Shown here: in pieces, positions 56,916 to 64,000 of the stretch
How the letters are laid out: each line of letters starts with the position of its first letter
Numbering within the stretch: the stretch's first letter is position 1
Origin: Bacillales bacterium
GTDB taxonomy: Bacteria; Bacillota; Bacilli; Paenibacillales; CANHCR01
Direction: 5' to 3'
NCBI GenBank assembly: GCA_947459205.1
Contig: CANHCR010000001.1
Span: 74,870-138,869 of the forward strand
Length of the DNA stretch: 64,000 nucleotides
The notes under the pieces: generated by a model
Told to the model about the DNA's origin: nothing
Database searches by the model: none
The model's input: only the letters and a program-made list of their open reading frames with translations
Made by a program: the position numbers and the translations under genes

Positions 56916-58037
56916 TTATTTCAAGTCTTTGAACGTAATCAGTTTCGGGATTTCTTCATCTGTATGGTCAAACACTTTTTCAGCCACTAAACTTTGCAAC
57001 ACCTGCGCACGCACATCGGCATACGTTTTCACGCTGCGCTTCTCGACACGCATCACGTGATAGCCGTAATCGGTTTTGACCGCTTCACTAACTGTATTCA
57101 GCGGCAGGCTAATCGCAGCTTCGCGAAACTCCGGCACCCAGTTTTTGACGGGCGCATCGGCATACAAGCCCCCCTCACTTTTGGAACCTGGATCATCCGA
57201 ATATTGCTGAGCTAAGGCCGCGAAATCATCGCCGTCCGCCAACTTCGTGCGAATATTATTGGCAAGCGCTAACGCTTCCTCGTCCGTGCGCGATTCATTC
57301 GCAATCAAAATGTGTCGCACACTCGCTGTCGTAAATGTATCTTTATCTTTCGCGATTTGTGCATCGTACTGCTTGCGAATGTCCGCCTCTTTCACCATCA
57401 ACTCCATCCGTTTGCGCAGCGCCAAACTGTTTTCGATGAATTGCAACACATCTTTCTCAGCCACCGCAAATCGTTTCAACTGTAGGGCAAACCGATCAGC
57501 GCCAGTGTCCTCATCCTTCATGAATTCCTTTACATTCTTCAACTCCGATGCCGCCTGCTTCTTCACATCCGCCCATTGCGCAGCGTTCAGTTTGCCGCTA
57601 TTTAGTCGATGGGCAAGCAGTTGGTGGAGGAAATCCGCGCGGAAATCGACGTCAGCGCGCTGTTCGTCGTTAAAATTGTTGAAAATGTTGACGATGTCCA
57701 TTTGCTTCTCCAACTCCTGCACCGTCACGAAGCCACCTTTGTAACGAGCGACTACCTTGCGCTCGCCGATCCACACCGTATTCGTAGCGCTATCAAAACT
57801 GACCGGCCAGTCCAAACTTTCGCCGACAAAGCGCATCGGCACATAGGTCGTTCCTTTGTACAGAATGGGCGTCGTGCCGTTCATTTTTTTCTCGAACCCG
57901 TCCACGCGAAAATTCATCGCTTTAAAGACAACGTCGATTTTCGCTTTGCCAGACGTCGCCACAACTGCGCCGCCACTGACCATCGTACCGATGACGATGC
58001 CGATGATGATTCCTTTTGCCTTATCGCTGATTCCCAT
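56916..58037 (-). CDS. Membrane-anchored parvulin-type peptidyl-prolyl isomerase (PrsA-like) with an N-terminal copper-amine-oxidase-N-like domain
   Basis: The PPIC domain is VRHILIANES...DDFAALAQQYSDDPGSKSEGGLY...YGYHVMRVE. The N-terminal segment FRVDGFEKKMNGTTPILYKGTTYVPMRFVGESLDWPVSFDSATNTVWIG follows the Cu_amine_oxidN1 pattern. GGAGG RBS lies upstream of ATG 58037; the upstream extension to 58211 overlaps the queD promoter region. Confidence 0.8.
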   Translation of the reverse strand: MGISDKAKGIIIGIVIGTMVSGGAVVATSGKAKIDVVFKAMNFRVDGFEKKMNGTTPILYKGTTYVPMRFVGESLDWPVSFDSATNTVWIGERKVVARYKGGFVTVQELEKQMDIVNIFNNFNDEQRADVDFRADFLHQLLAHRLNSGKLNAAQWADVKKQAASELKNVKEFMKDEDTGADRFALQLKRFAVAEKDVLQFIENSLALRKRMELMVKEADIRKQYDAQIAKDKDTFTTASVRHILIANESRTDEEALALANNIRTKLADGDDFAALAQQYSDDPGSKSEGGLYADAPVKNWVPEFREAAISLPLNTVSEAVKTDYGYHVMRVEKRSVKTYADVRAQVLQSLVAEKVFDHTDEEIPKLITFKDLK

Positions 58038-58109
58038 TTCATAGCCTCCGCTTCGTTTGCTCCTCATATTTTGACATGAAGCGCCTGTCATGTAAACTCT
58101 TGACGAACG

Positions 58110-58118
58110 TGGTATAAT
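58110..58118 (+). promoter_or_regulatory. Candidate extended -10 promoter (TGGTATAAT) for queD-queE-queC
   Basis: TGGTATAAT lies 34 nt upstream of the queD ATG, with no good -35 at 17 nt. Pattern match only. Confidence 0.35.
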
Positions 58119-58151
58119 AAAAATTGTGCCTACAACGAAGGGAGTCATAGC

Positions 58152-58619
58152 ATGAAGTACGAAGCGCCGCATCGGGTGCATCATTTTGGCGAAGATATTC
58201 AGCCCGAGCAATTACGATATCATCAGAAGGCGGTACTGTTGACCAAAGAGTTTGTGTTCGACAGCGCCCATCACTTATATGAATACGACGGCAAATGCAA
58301 AAGTTTGCACGGTCATACGTACAAATTGACGGTTACACTTAAGGGGAAACCAGATGCGCGGGGCATCGTCATCGATTTCGGCGACATCAAGCGGATCACA
58401 AATGAGCGCGTCGTCGATCGCATGGATCATCAATATTTGAATGCGATGTTGCCAGCGATGAATACGACCGCGGAAAACATGGTCGTCTGGATTTATGAGC
58501 AAATTCAGCAGGCGCTCGTTGAGGAAGGACTCTATCCGAATGTGCTGCTTGAGGAGGTGCGCCTGTGGGAAACACCGACAAGTTGCGCGACGATCACCCG
58601 AGCGTTGATGGAGGAATAG
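58152..58619 (+). CDS. queD: 6-carboxy-5,6,7,8-tetrahydropterin synthase QueD
   Basis: FVFDSAHHLYEYDGKCKSLHGHTYKLTVTLKG (Zn-binding His plus catalytic Cys pattern), 155 aa. Confidence 0.88.
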   Translation: MKYEAPHRVHHFGEDIQPEQLRYHQKAVLLTKEFVFDSAHHLYEYDGKCKSLHGHTYKLTVTLKGKPDARGIVIDFGDIKRITNERVVDRMDHQYLNAMLPAMNTTAENMVVWIYEQIQQALVEEGLYPNVLLEEVRLWETPTSCATITRALMEE

Positions 58620-58642
58620 CGTCGCTCGAACAGACGTTGCCG

Positions 58643-59302
58643 ATGGTCGAAATCTACGAGACGATTGAAGGCGAGGGCATGCGCGCAGGGTTCGCTACCG
58701 TATTCGTGCGCGTGTTCGGTTGCAATTTGCGTTGCAGTTGGTGTGACACGCCGTACAGCTATGCGCCGGCGAAGGCCGAACGGACAATGAGCATCGGCGA
58801 GATTGTTGCAGAGGCGCGTCAATTCAATGCACGGCACGTCTGCCTAACTGGCGGTGAGCCACTGATGTACGGTGAAAAGTCACTGCAATTGGTGCAGGCG
58901 CTCGTGGACGTGGAACAATTTTCCGACATCCATATCGAGACGAACGGCGCCATCGATTTGCAACCGTTCATCGAAGCCATCGACAGCAGCAAAGTGCGCT
59001 ACATCATGGATTACAAATTGCACGACTCGGGCGAGACAGCGCAAATGTGCGTTGCCAATCTAGCGTTGCTGCGGGCAACAGACGAACTCAAATTTGTGAT
59101 TGCCGGCGAGCGTGATTTTCAGCAGGCAGTCGACGTGCTGAAGCGCTATCCAACACAAGCCACGGCATTGTTCAGCCCGGTTTGGGAGACGATGCCGCCA
59201 CAGCGTTTGGCCGAGTTGATTCTAGCGAACGGCTTAGTGCAGGTACGCATGTCGTTGCAAATGCATAAATTGATTTGGGAAGCAGGGCGTCGCGGCGTCT
59301 AG
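58643..59302 (+). CDS. queE: 7-carboxy-7-deazaguanine synthase QueE (radical SAM)
   Basis: MVEIYETIEGEGMRAGFATVFVRVFGCNLRCSWCDTPYS contains the CxxxCxxC-type radical-SAM cluster motif in QueE context. Confidence 0.88.
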   Translation: MVEIYETIEGEGMRAGFATVFVRVFGCNLRCSWCDTPYSYAPAKAERTMSIGEIVAEARQFNARHVCLTGGEPLMYGEKSLQLVQALVDVEQFSDIHIETNGAIDLQPFIEAIDSSKVRYIMDYKLHDSGETAQMCVANLALLRATDELKFVIAGERDFQQAVDVLKRYPTQATALFSPVWETMPPQRLAELILANGLVQVRMSLQMHKLIWEAGRRGV

Positions 59303-59355
59303 TTGCGGCTAACGAATCATCAACTTTCTTAGGAGACGAGGGGGCGGAGAGGAGC

Positions 59356-60039
59356 ATGAAGCAGTCGCCAAAAGCGGTTATCATTTCGAGTGGCGGTCTA
59401 GACAGCACGACTTGCATGGGCATTGCCCAAGCAGCGGGCTATGAACTTTATCCGCTCACCTTTGATTACGGACAGCGCCATCGTATTGAACTCGAATATG
59501 CAGCCAAAGTGGCCGGTTTTTATGGTGTCGGTACGCGTCATCGTGTGGTCGACTTGACTTTTTTCCGCGAGTGGGGAGGGAGTGCGCTGACCGACGCCAC
59601 GATCGCTGTGCCAGAGCAGCCGACCCCTGACATTCCCGTGACGTATGTGCCTGGTCGCAATTTGCTGTTTCTCAGCATCGCCACTTCCTATGCCGAAGTC
59701 ATCGGTGCGAGCGCGATTTACATCGGCGTCAACGCACTTGATTACAGCGGCTATCCCGATTGTCGTCCGGCATTTATCGCGAAAGTAGAGGAAACCGTCG
59801 GTCTGGCGACAAAAGTTGGCGTGGAAGGGGCGCCGATTCGCATCGAGACGCCGCTCATTCATTGGACAAAGGCGCAAATCATCGAATGCGGTATGAGTCT
59901 GAACGTGCCGTATCATTTGACGACATCCTGTTACAACGGACACGAACGCGCTTGTGGCAAATGTGACAGTTGCCGATTGCGCTTGAAAGGATTTGCCGAT
60001 GCGGGACACACGGACCCGATCGCTTATGAACAGGGGTAG
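59356..60039 (+). CDS. queC: 7-cyano-7-deazaguanine (preQ0) synthase QueC
   Basis: KAVIISSGGLDSTTC PP-loop and C-terminal zinc motif CYNGHERACGKCDSCRLR. GGAGAGGAG RBS lies upstream of ATG 59356. Confidence 0.92.
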   Translation: MKQSPKAVIISSGGLDSTTCMGIAQAAGYELYPLTFDYGQRHRIELEYAAKVAGFYGVGTRHRVVDLTFFREWGGSALTDATIAVPEQPTPDIPVTYVPGRNLLFLSIATSYAEVIGASAIYIGVNALDYSGYPDCRPAFIAKVEETVGLATKVGVEGAPIRIETPLIHWTKAQIIECGMSLNVPYHLTTSCYNGHERACGKCDSCRLRLKGFADAGHTDPIAYEQG

Positions 60040-60045
60040 AAACGT

Positions 60046-61176
60046 ATGAAAGTATTGCAGGCATTATTTTTCCCGCCGGAACAACCGGGCGGGGTATCGT
60101 CCATGATACCGTACATTATGGAGCGGTTTGATCGGCTGGAGTGGCAAATGGAGTTGTTCTTTTTGCCGAAAAGGGTGCGCAATAAAGGTCATGAAGATGT
60201 TGCATTTGCCACCTTTGACGCAAGTGAATTCGCCGGAAATCCGGTCATTGACAAGTACATACAGACGATTCGCGATTACATTTGGTGGGTGCAGCTGCGA
60301 ATGCGAGAAGAGTATGATCTCATTCATGCGCACCATCCGATTCCTGCGCTCGTTTTCAAAATGTTATATCCGCAAACGCCGCTGATTATCACGATTCATT
60401 CTAGTTTTGAGCGCGAGTTGCTGCTTAACGGGCAAATTGCCGAGGACGGTGCAGAAGTACGCTTTCTCACTTCAATCTACCGCGAGTTGGAGAGCCGGAC
60501 GAACGGCATCCTCACCGTCTCTCGCTCCTTTCGTGATTATTTGGCGCAACATGTCGAGCGCCCTCAGAATCTTCTCGTGATTCCGAACGGCTTTGATGAG
60601 GCGCGCTTCCGTCCGATTTTGCATGACAACAAAGTGCCGCAGTTCATCACTGTTTGCCGACTTGTTGAAGCGAAAGGTCTCGACGTCCTGCTGCAAGCGT
60701 TAGCGTTGCTCAAACAAAGAGGATACTCCTTCGTGCTCCATTTAATCGGAGACGGGCCGATGCGCGCAGAACTAGAAAAAATGGCGCATACGTTCGATAT
60801 ATATGAAGAGACGATTTTTTACGGCTACATGTTGCATCCCGAACAATTCATGCCATTCTCCGATATTTTCGTATTGCCGTCGCGTGCCGAGGCGTTCGGC
60901 AACGTGTTCGCTGAGGCAGCATTATGCAAATTGGCGCTCGTCGGCACCGCGGTCGGAGGCATTTCCGAACAAATTGAAGACGGTCACAACGGCTTTTTGG
61001 TGCCGTTAAACGATCCGCAGGCGCTTAGTGAAGCGTTGCGCAAGCTCATCGAAGACCCGCAACTGCGCATGCAGATGGCCGAGCATGCCTGGCAAAAAGC
61101 GCACCGCGAATACTCGCTTGATCGCGTCATTTCGCAACTGATTCATCAGTATCGGCAAATTGCTATCAGTCGGTAA
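60046..61176 (+). CDS. GT4-family (group 1) glycosyltransferase of unknown specificity
   Basis: C-terminal GT-B domain with E-x7-E (PSRAEAFGNVFAEAA) and GGISEQIEDGHNGFLV. Starts 6 nt after the queC stop. Confidence 0.8.
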   Translation: MKVLQALFFPPEQPGGVSSMIPYIMERFDRLEWQMELFFLPKRVRNKGHEDVAFATFDASEFAGNPVIDKYIQTIRDYIWWVQLRMREEYDLIHAHHPIPALVFKMLYPQTPLIITIHSSFERELLLNGQIAEDGAEVRFLTSIYRELESRTNGILTVSRSFRDYLAQHVERPQNLLVIPNGFDEARFRPILHDNKVPQFITVCRLVEAKGLDVLLQALALLKQRGYSFVLHLIGDGPMRAELEKMAHTFDIYEETIFYGYMLHPEQFMPFSDIFVLPSRAEAFGNVFAEAALCKLALVGTAVGGISEQIEDGHNGFLVPLNDPQALSEALRKLIEDPQLRMQMAEHAWQKAHREYSLDRVISQLIHQYRQIAISR

Positions 61177-61202
61177 GCGGTTGCCTTTAGGAGTGTGTTT
61201 TT

Positions 61203-61640
61203 ATGTACGTTTGGCTGGGGTGGTTTGCCATTTTCGCAGGCGTCTGCGTGATTGCTGCAACCACATGGGAAATGTTGAAATTGTGGCGAGCGACACGTGC
61301 GAATCCGGAGACGCCACTCTCCACACATCTGCTTCGCCTGTTCAGCCGTTGGACGTGGCTCGACATTGCCATGACGATGCTGTTCATTGTCGGCATGATG
61401 TTTTTGCTTGCCGATGTAATCGCCATGGGCCGCGACCGGCATCTCTATCCGATGTATCGCTACGGCTATTTGTTGAGCAGTTTCTGCTACTTGTTCTTCG
61501 GCATCCTATTTCTTTGGTTGCGAATGTTCATCTTGCTCCATTTTGGCAACGTCAGTCCGTCATTTTCCACATCAACTTCACAAACCATACAAGCCCCAGA
61601 ATCCCAAACAGCGGATACAGAAAGCCCAGCAGCTCCTTAA
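61203..61640 (+). CDS. Hypothetical polytopic membrane protein (about 4 TMs plus an S/T/Q-rich tail)
   Basis: 145-aa ORF 26 nt after the GT4 gene with hydrophobic segments. Its last ~30 codons overlap the 3' end of the convergent ykvI-like gene, so the 3' end or the whole call is uncertain. Confidence 0.4.
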   Translation: MYVWLGWFAIFAGVCVIAATTWEMLKLWRATRANPETPLSTHLLRLFSRWTWLDIAMTMLFIVGMMFLLADVIAMGRDRHLYPMYRYGYLLSSFCYLFFGILFLWLRMFILLHFGNVSPSFSTSTSQTIQAPESQTADTESPAAP

Positions 61641-62589
61641 ATCCGAATTGGCTGATGGCATAGCAGACGAGCAAAATGAGAAGTATAATCATTGGTTGGC
61701 GAAGTGGTAGGCGCGACTGCAATTGCAAGCCAAGACCGTATACGTTGGCGATTAGCGTCGTGAATATTTCTGCAAACAAGATGAATAAAAATAGGATTTG
61801 CACGAGCCAACCATGCTCGATGATGACTTGAGCCATTGGAATGTCGAACTGGCGGACACCCGGCATGAGCGGCGCCATCGCAAAATGTGCAATCCAAATG
61901 AGCAGGCCGATGCCCAATCCGCCGCCAACGCTGCCCACGATGATGGTGCGGCGTTTTTTAATGGTCGCACCGAGTGGTACGAGAACTGCCTGCGCCATCC
62001 ATAGATTGAAAGAGACGTAGAGCAGTGGCGCAAGCCAGGCGATGCCGAACGAATGATCGCTGTCGATCGAAAGCCAGCGTCCAGTGAGCGGCGCATCGAT
62101 GGTGGCTACGATGAGAATCGCTCCAAACAGTAGCATCAGCGGTACGACCAACGAATTGATGGACAAAATCGCGTCCATGCCTCGTTGCAACACGAAATAA
62201 GTAAGCAGTAACGTGAGCAACAATCCCAATTGGTAAGACCATTGCAAATGCTCCTCAAAAATCGCGCCAGCACCTGCCAGCATCACACCGGTGACCGCCA
62301 GTAAAATGACGAGCGTGAACCAACTCATGGCCTGTCCGAATGTGCGCCCGAACAGGTGGACGTTCAAATCCTCGTACGATTTCGCACGGATTTGGCGAGA
62401 CAGCAACATCAAGCGCGCACCGCAGACGACGAATAGCAGCGAAGCGAACGACATCGTCAAAATCGCGACCCAACCGAACTGTGTGAAAAATTGCAAAATC
62501 TCCTGCCCAGTCGCAAATCCAGCACCGACTACCGTGCCGATGTAGGCGAACATAATTTGTAACGTATGCCACACTTCTTTCGCATTCAT
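61552..62589 (-). CDS. ykvI: YkvI-family membrane protein (APC/GerAB-like transporter fold)
   Basis: MNAKEVWHTLQIMFAYIGTVVGAGFATGQEILQFF is the typical YkvI N-terminus, with about 10-11 TMs. ykvI neighbours queCDEF (ykvJKLM) in B. subtilis. Confidence 0.75.
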   Translation of the reverse strand: MNAKEVWHTLQIMFAYIGTVVGAGFATGQEILQFFTQFGWVAILTMSFASLLFVVCGARLMLLSRQIRAKSYEDLNVHLFGRTFGQAMSWFTLVILLAVTGVMLAGAGAIFEEHLQWSYQLGLLLTLLLTYFVLQRGMDAILSINSLVVPLMLLFGAILIVATIDAPLTGRWLSIDSDHSFGIAWLAPLLYVSFNLWMAQAVLVPLGATIKKRRTIIVGSVGGGLGIGLLIWIAHFAMAPLMPGVRQFDIPMAQVIIEHGWLVQILFLFILFAEIFTTLIANVYGLGLQLQSRLPLRQPMIILLILLVCYAISQFGFKELLGFLYPLFGILGLVWFVKLMWKMTD

Positions 62590-62651
62590 CCATTCATCAC
62601 TCCGCTTGTACGATGTCAGTTCATCGTATGCGGCGAGGCGAATAATCATAA

Positions 62652-62677
62652 CAAAAAAAGACTGCGAAGGCAGTCTT
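62652..62677 (-). terminator. Rho-independent terminator after the 62685-63395 gene
   Basis: The minus strand reads AAGACTGC-CTTC-GCAGTCTT followed by TTTTTTGTT. Confidence 0.8.
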
Positions 62678-62684
62678 GAATGAT

Positions 62685-63395
62685 TTATTCCACTTGTTTG
62701 AAAAGTTTGATCGAACTGACGATTTGCAGTTCGGGGTCGATGTCAAATTTCAAAATCGCACCATTTTTTGAATACGTCATCACATAGGTGCTGAAACTGT
62801 CTGCCGCACCGAGCGTTTGCGCAACATCATTCACGTTGCTGCCGATGGCCACATTACCTAGCCCTACGTTGCTATTTTCAGCGATGACGTTAATGAATTC
62901 AGCGCGCCCGTCAGAGTCGAAGCCGGCGATAAACTCACTGAATTCCATGACGAGGAGCGGTTCCGAGTGACCGTCCGTAAAATATTCGTTAAGTGGCGAG
63001 CCGTGACTGCTGAGGAACAGTGACTTGTCGTCACCGATGCTCATCCCGAACAAAGAAAATACATCGCCTTTAAATGGCGCTGCGTTCGCCGCATCAGGCT
63101 CATCCGGACTCGACTGCTTCGCGTCGGACGTATCGTTACTTTGCACTTTAATTTTGTCATCGTTGTTCTCTTTATTCGAGACATTGCCTTCCGCATCGTT
63201 CGTGGCACCACTGTCACCGCTCTTTTCGCTGGACTGGTTGCCTTCTTCTTTCAACTCATTACTTTGTCCTTGCTTCGTTTCTTCTGCACTTTGTTGCTTA
63301 TGTGACTCGCGCGATGGTGTATAGATGAGGGCGAGGAAAATAATAACACTCAGCAGGGTAATCGAAAGCAGCCACCACGGCTTTGCTCTTTGCAT
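62685..63395 (-). CDS. Hypothetical membrane-anchored/secreted protein (TM, acidic S/N/E/K-rich linker, ~110-aa C-terminal globular domain)
   Basis: ATG 63395 follows AAGGGGA. The product starts MQRAKPWWLLSITLLSVIIFLALIY. I recognise no family. Confidence 0.55.
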   Translation of the reverse strand: MQRAKPWWLLSITLLSVIIFLALIYTPSRESHKQQSAEETKQGQSNELKEEGNQSSEKSGDSGATNDAEGNVSNKENNDDKIKVQSNDTSDAKQSSPDEPDAANAAPFKGDVFSLFGMSIGDDKSLFLSSHGSPLNEYFTDGHSEPLLVMEFSEFIAGFDSDGRAEFINVIAENSNVGLGNVAIGSNVNDVAQTLGAADSFSTYVMTYSKNGAILKFDIDPELQIVSSIKLFKQVE

Positions 63396-63465
63396 GACAA
63401 TCCCCTTTTTTTTAAAAATTCTTTGTAATATAATCATACTATATACAGGAGCGGAGGTCGAGAGG

Positions 63466-64000
63466 ATGGACAGTCTAAAACAAAGAATTTTGCAAGAAGG
63501 CATCGTAGTTTCTGATCAGTTGCTGCGCGTCGATTCATTTTTGAACCATCAGGTCGATCCGCCGTTGTTGCTTGAGATGGGGCGCGAGTTTGCCGCTCGC
63601 TTTCGCGATGCAGGCATTACGAAAGTGATTACCGTCGAGTCGTCGGGGATATCCATTGGATTTGCGATGGCGCTCGATTTGAATGTGCCGATGGTATTTG
63701 TGCGTAAAAAGAAGACGGTCATTATGGATCAAGATGCGTATGTGGCGCGCGTACCTTCATTTACAAAAGGAATCGTGACCGATTTGGCGATTGCTAAAAA
63801 ATATTTATCGGCTGAAGATACGGTCGTTTTGGTCGATGATTTCATTGCGAATGGTGACGCGGCGTTGGCAATTATTAAAATTGTCGAGGAGTCGGGCGCC
63901 AAGTTGGCGGGCGTGGGAATCGCCATCGAGAAGCTGTTCCAAGCGGGTGGCAATGCCATTCGCGAGCAAGGGATTCGCGTCGAGTCACTCGTGCAAATTC
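63466..64000 (+). CDS. xpt: Xanthine phosphoribosyltransferase, 3'-truncated by the window end (absent from the ORF track because no stop is reached)
   Basis: My own translation gives MDSLKQRILQEGIVVSDQLLRVDSFLNHQVDPPLL...ITKVITVESSGI...VVLVDDFIANGDAA...GIAIEK, closely parallel to B. subtilis Xpt. GGAGG..GAGAGG lies upstream of ATG 63466. Confidence 0.9.
   Translation, partial: MDSLKQRILQEGIVVSDQLLRVDSFLNHQVDPPLLLEMGREFAARFRDAGITKVITVESSGISIGFAMALDLNVPMVFVRKKKTVIMDQDAYVARVPSFTKGIVTDLAIAKKYLSAEDTVVLVDDFIANGDAALAIIKIVEESGAKLAGVGIAIEKLFQAGGNAIREQGIRVESLVQI

Noticed and set aside
58038-58151. Looked for a preQ1-I riboswitch upstream of queD, as in the B. subtilis queCDEF leader
   Set aside because: Only about 30 nt lie between the candidate -10 box and the ATG. 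There is no small hairpin followed by an A-rich tail pairing with the SD, and no terminator.
63396-63465. Looked for a purine (guanine) riboswitch upstream of xpt, as in B. subtilis xpt-pbuX
   Set aside because: The divergent intergenic region is only 70 nt, too short for the three-way junction aptamer plus expression platform, and no terminator hairpin is present.

Overview
This 64-kb window is gene-dense core chromosome from a Bacillales-type, spore-forming Firmicute (CodY, SigD, bacillithiol genes and a Spo0E-like gene are present). All calls rest on motifs, remembered homolog sequences and synteny with B. subtilis 168. No database search was run.

Layout:
- 1-14.4 kb: FliK-like/FlhB-C-like pair (ylqG/ylqH position), yraN, comM(-), sucCD, dprA, topA, trmFO, xerC(codV), hslVU, codY.
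- 14.4-39.7 kb: one ~25-kb fla/che-type flagellar operon, with tightly packed or overlapping genes. It runs flgB to flhG, then sigD plus three small genes, and ends at a strong terminator.
- 39.7-55.3 kb: ypjD(mazG-like), dapB, mgsA, bshB1, bshA, cca, birA, panBCD, dinG, rex, mtaD-like, ypmB-like, asnS, dnaD.
- 55.3-58.0 kb, minus strand: spo0E-like, eda, cytochrome c, PrsA-like PPIase.
- 58.1-64 kb: queD-queE-queC, a GT4 glycosyltransferase, a membrane ORF, ykvI-like(-), a secreted protein(-), and the 5' part of xpt.

I saw no rRNA, tRNA, CRISPR, transposase or phage genes, and the intergenic gaps are too short to hide them. Most of the window is ordinary.

Items worth a second look:
1. The operon CheY has Asn (AAT) at the phospho-acceptor position.
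2. The operon has no cheB/A/W/C/D between flhG and sigD.
3. One of the two CheC-type sites in FliY is degenerate.
4. The hook protein FlgE carries an fn3-like insertion.
5. An orphan FliK-like/FlhB-C-like pair has a roughly 31-unit X-X-Q periodic tract.
6. A ~200-nt terminator-containing leader abuts the panB ribosome-binding site.
7. A queDEC unit lacks queF and a preQ1 riboswitch, and is coupled to a glycosyltransferase.

I found no clear-cut novel multi-gene system such as a defence island or a biosynthetic cluster.
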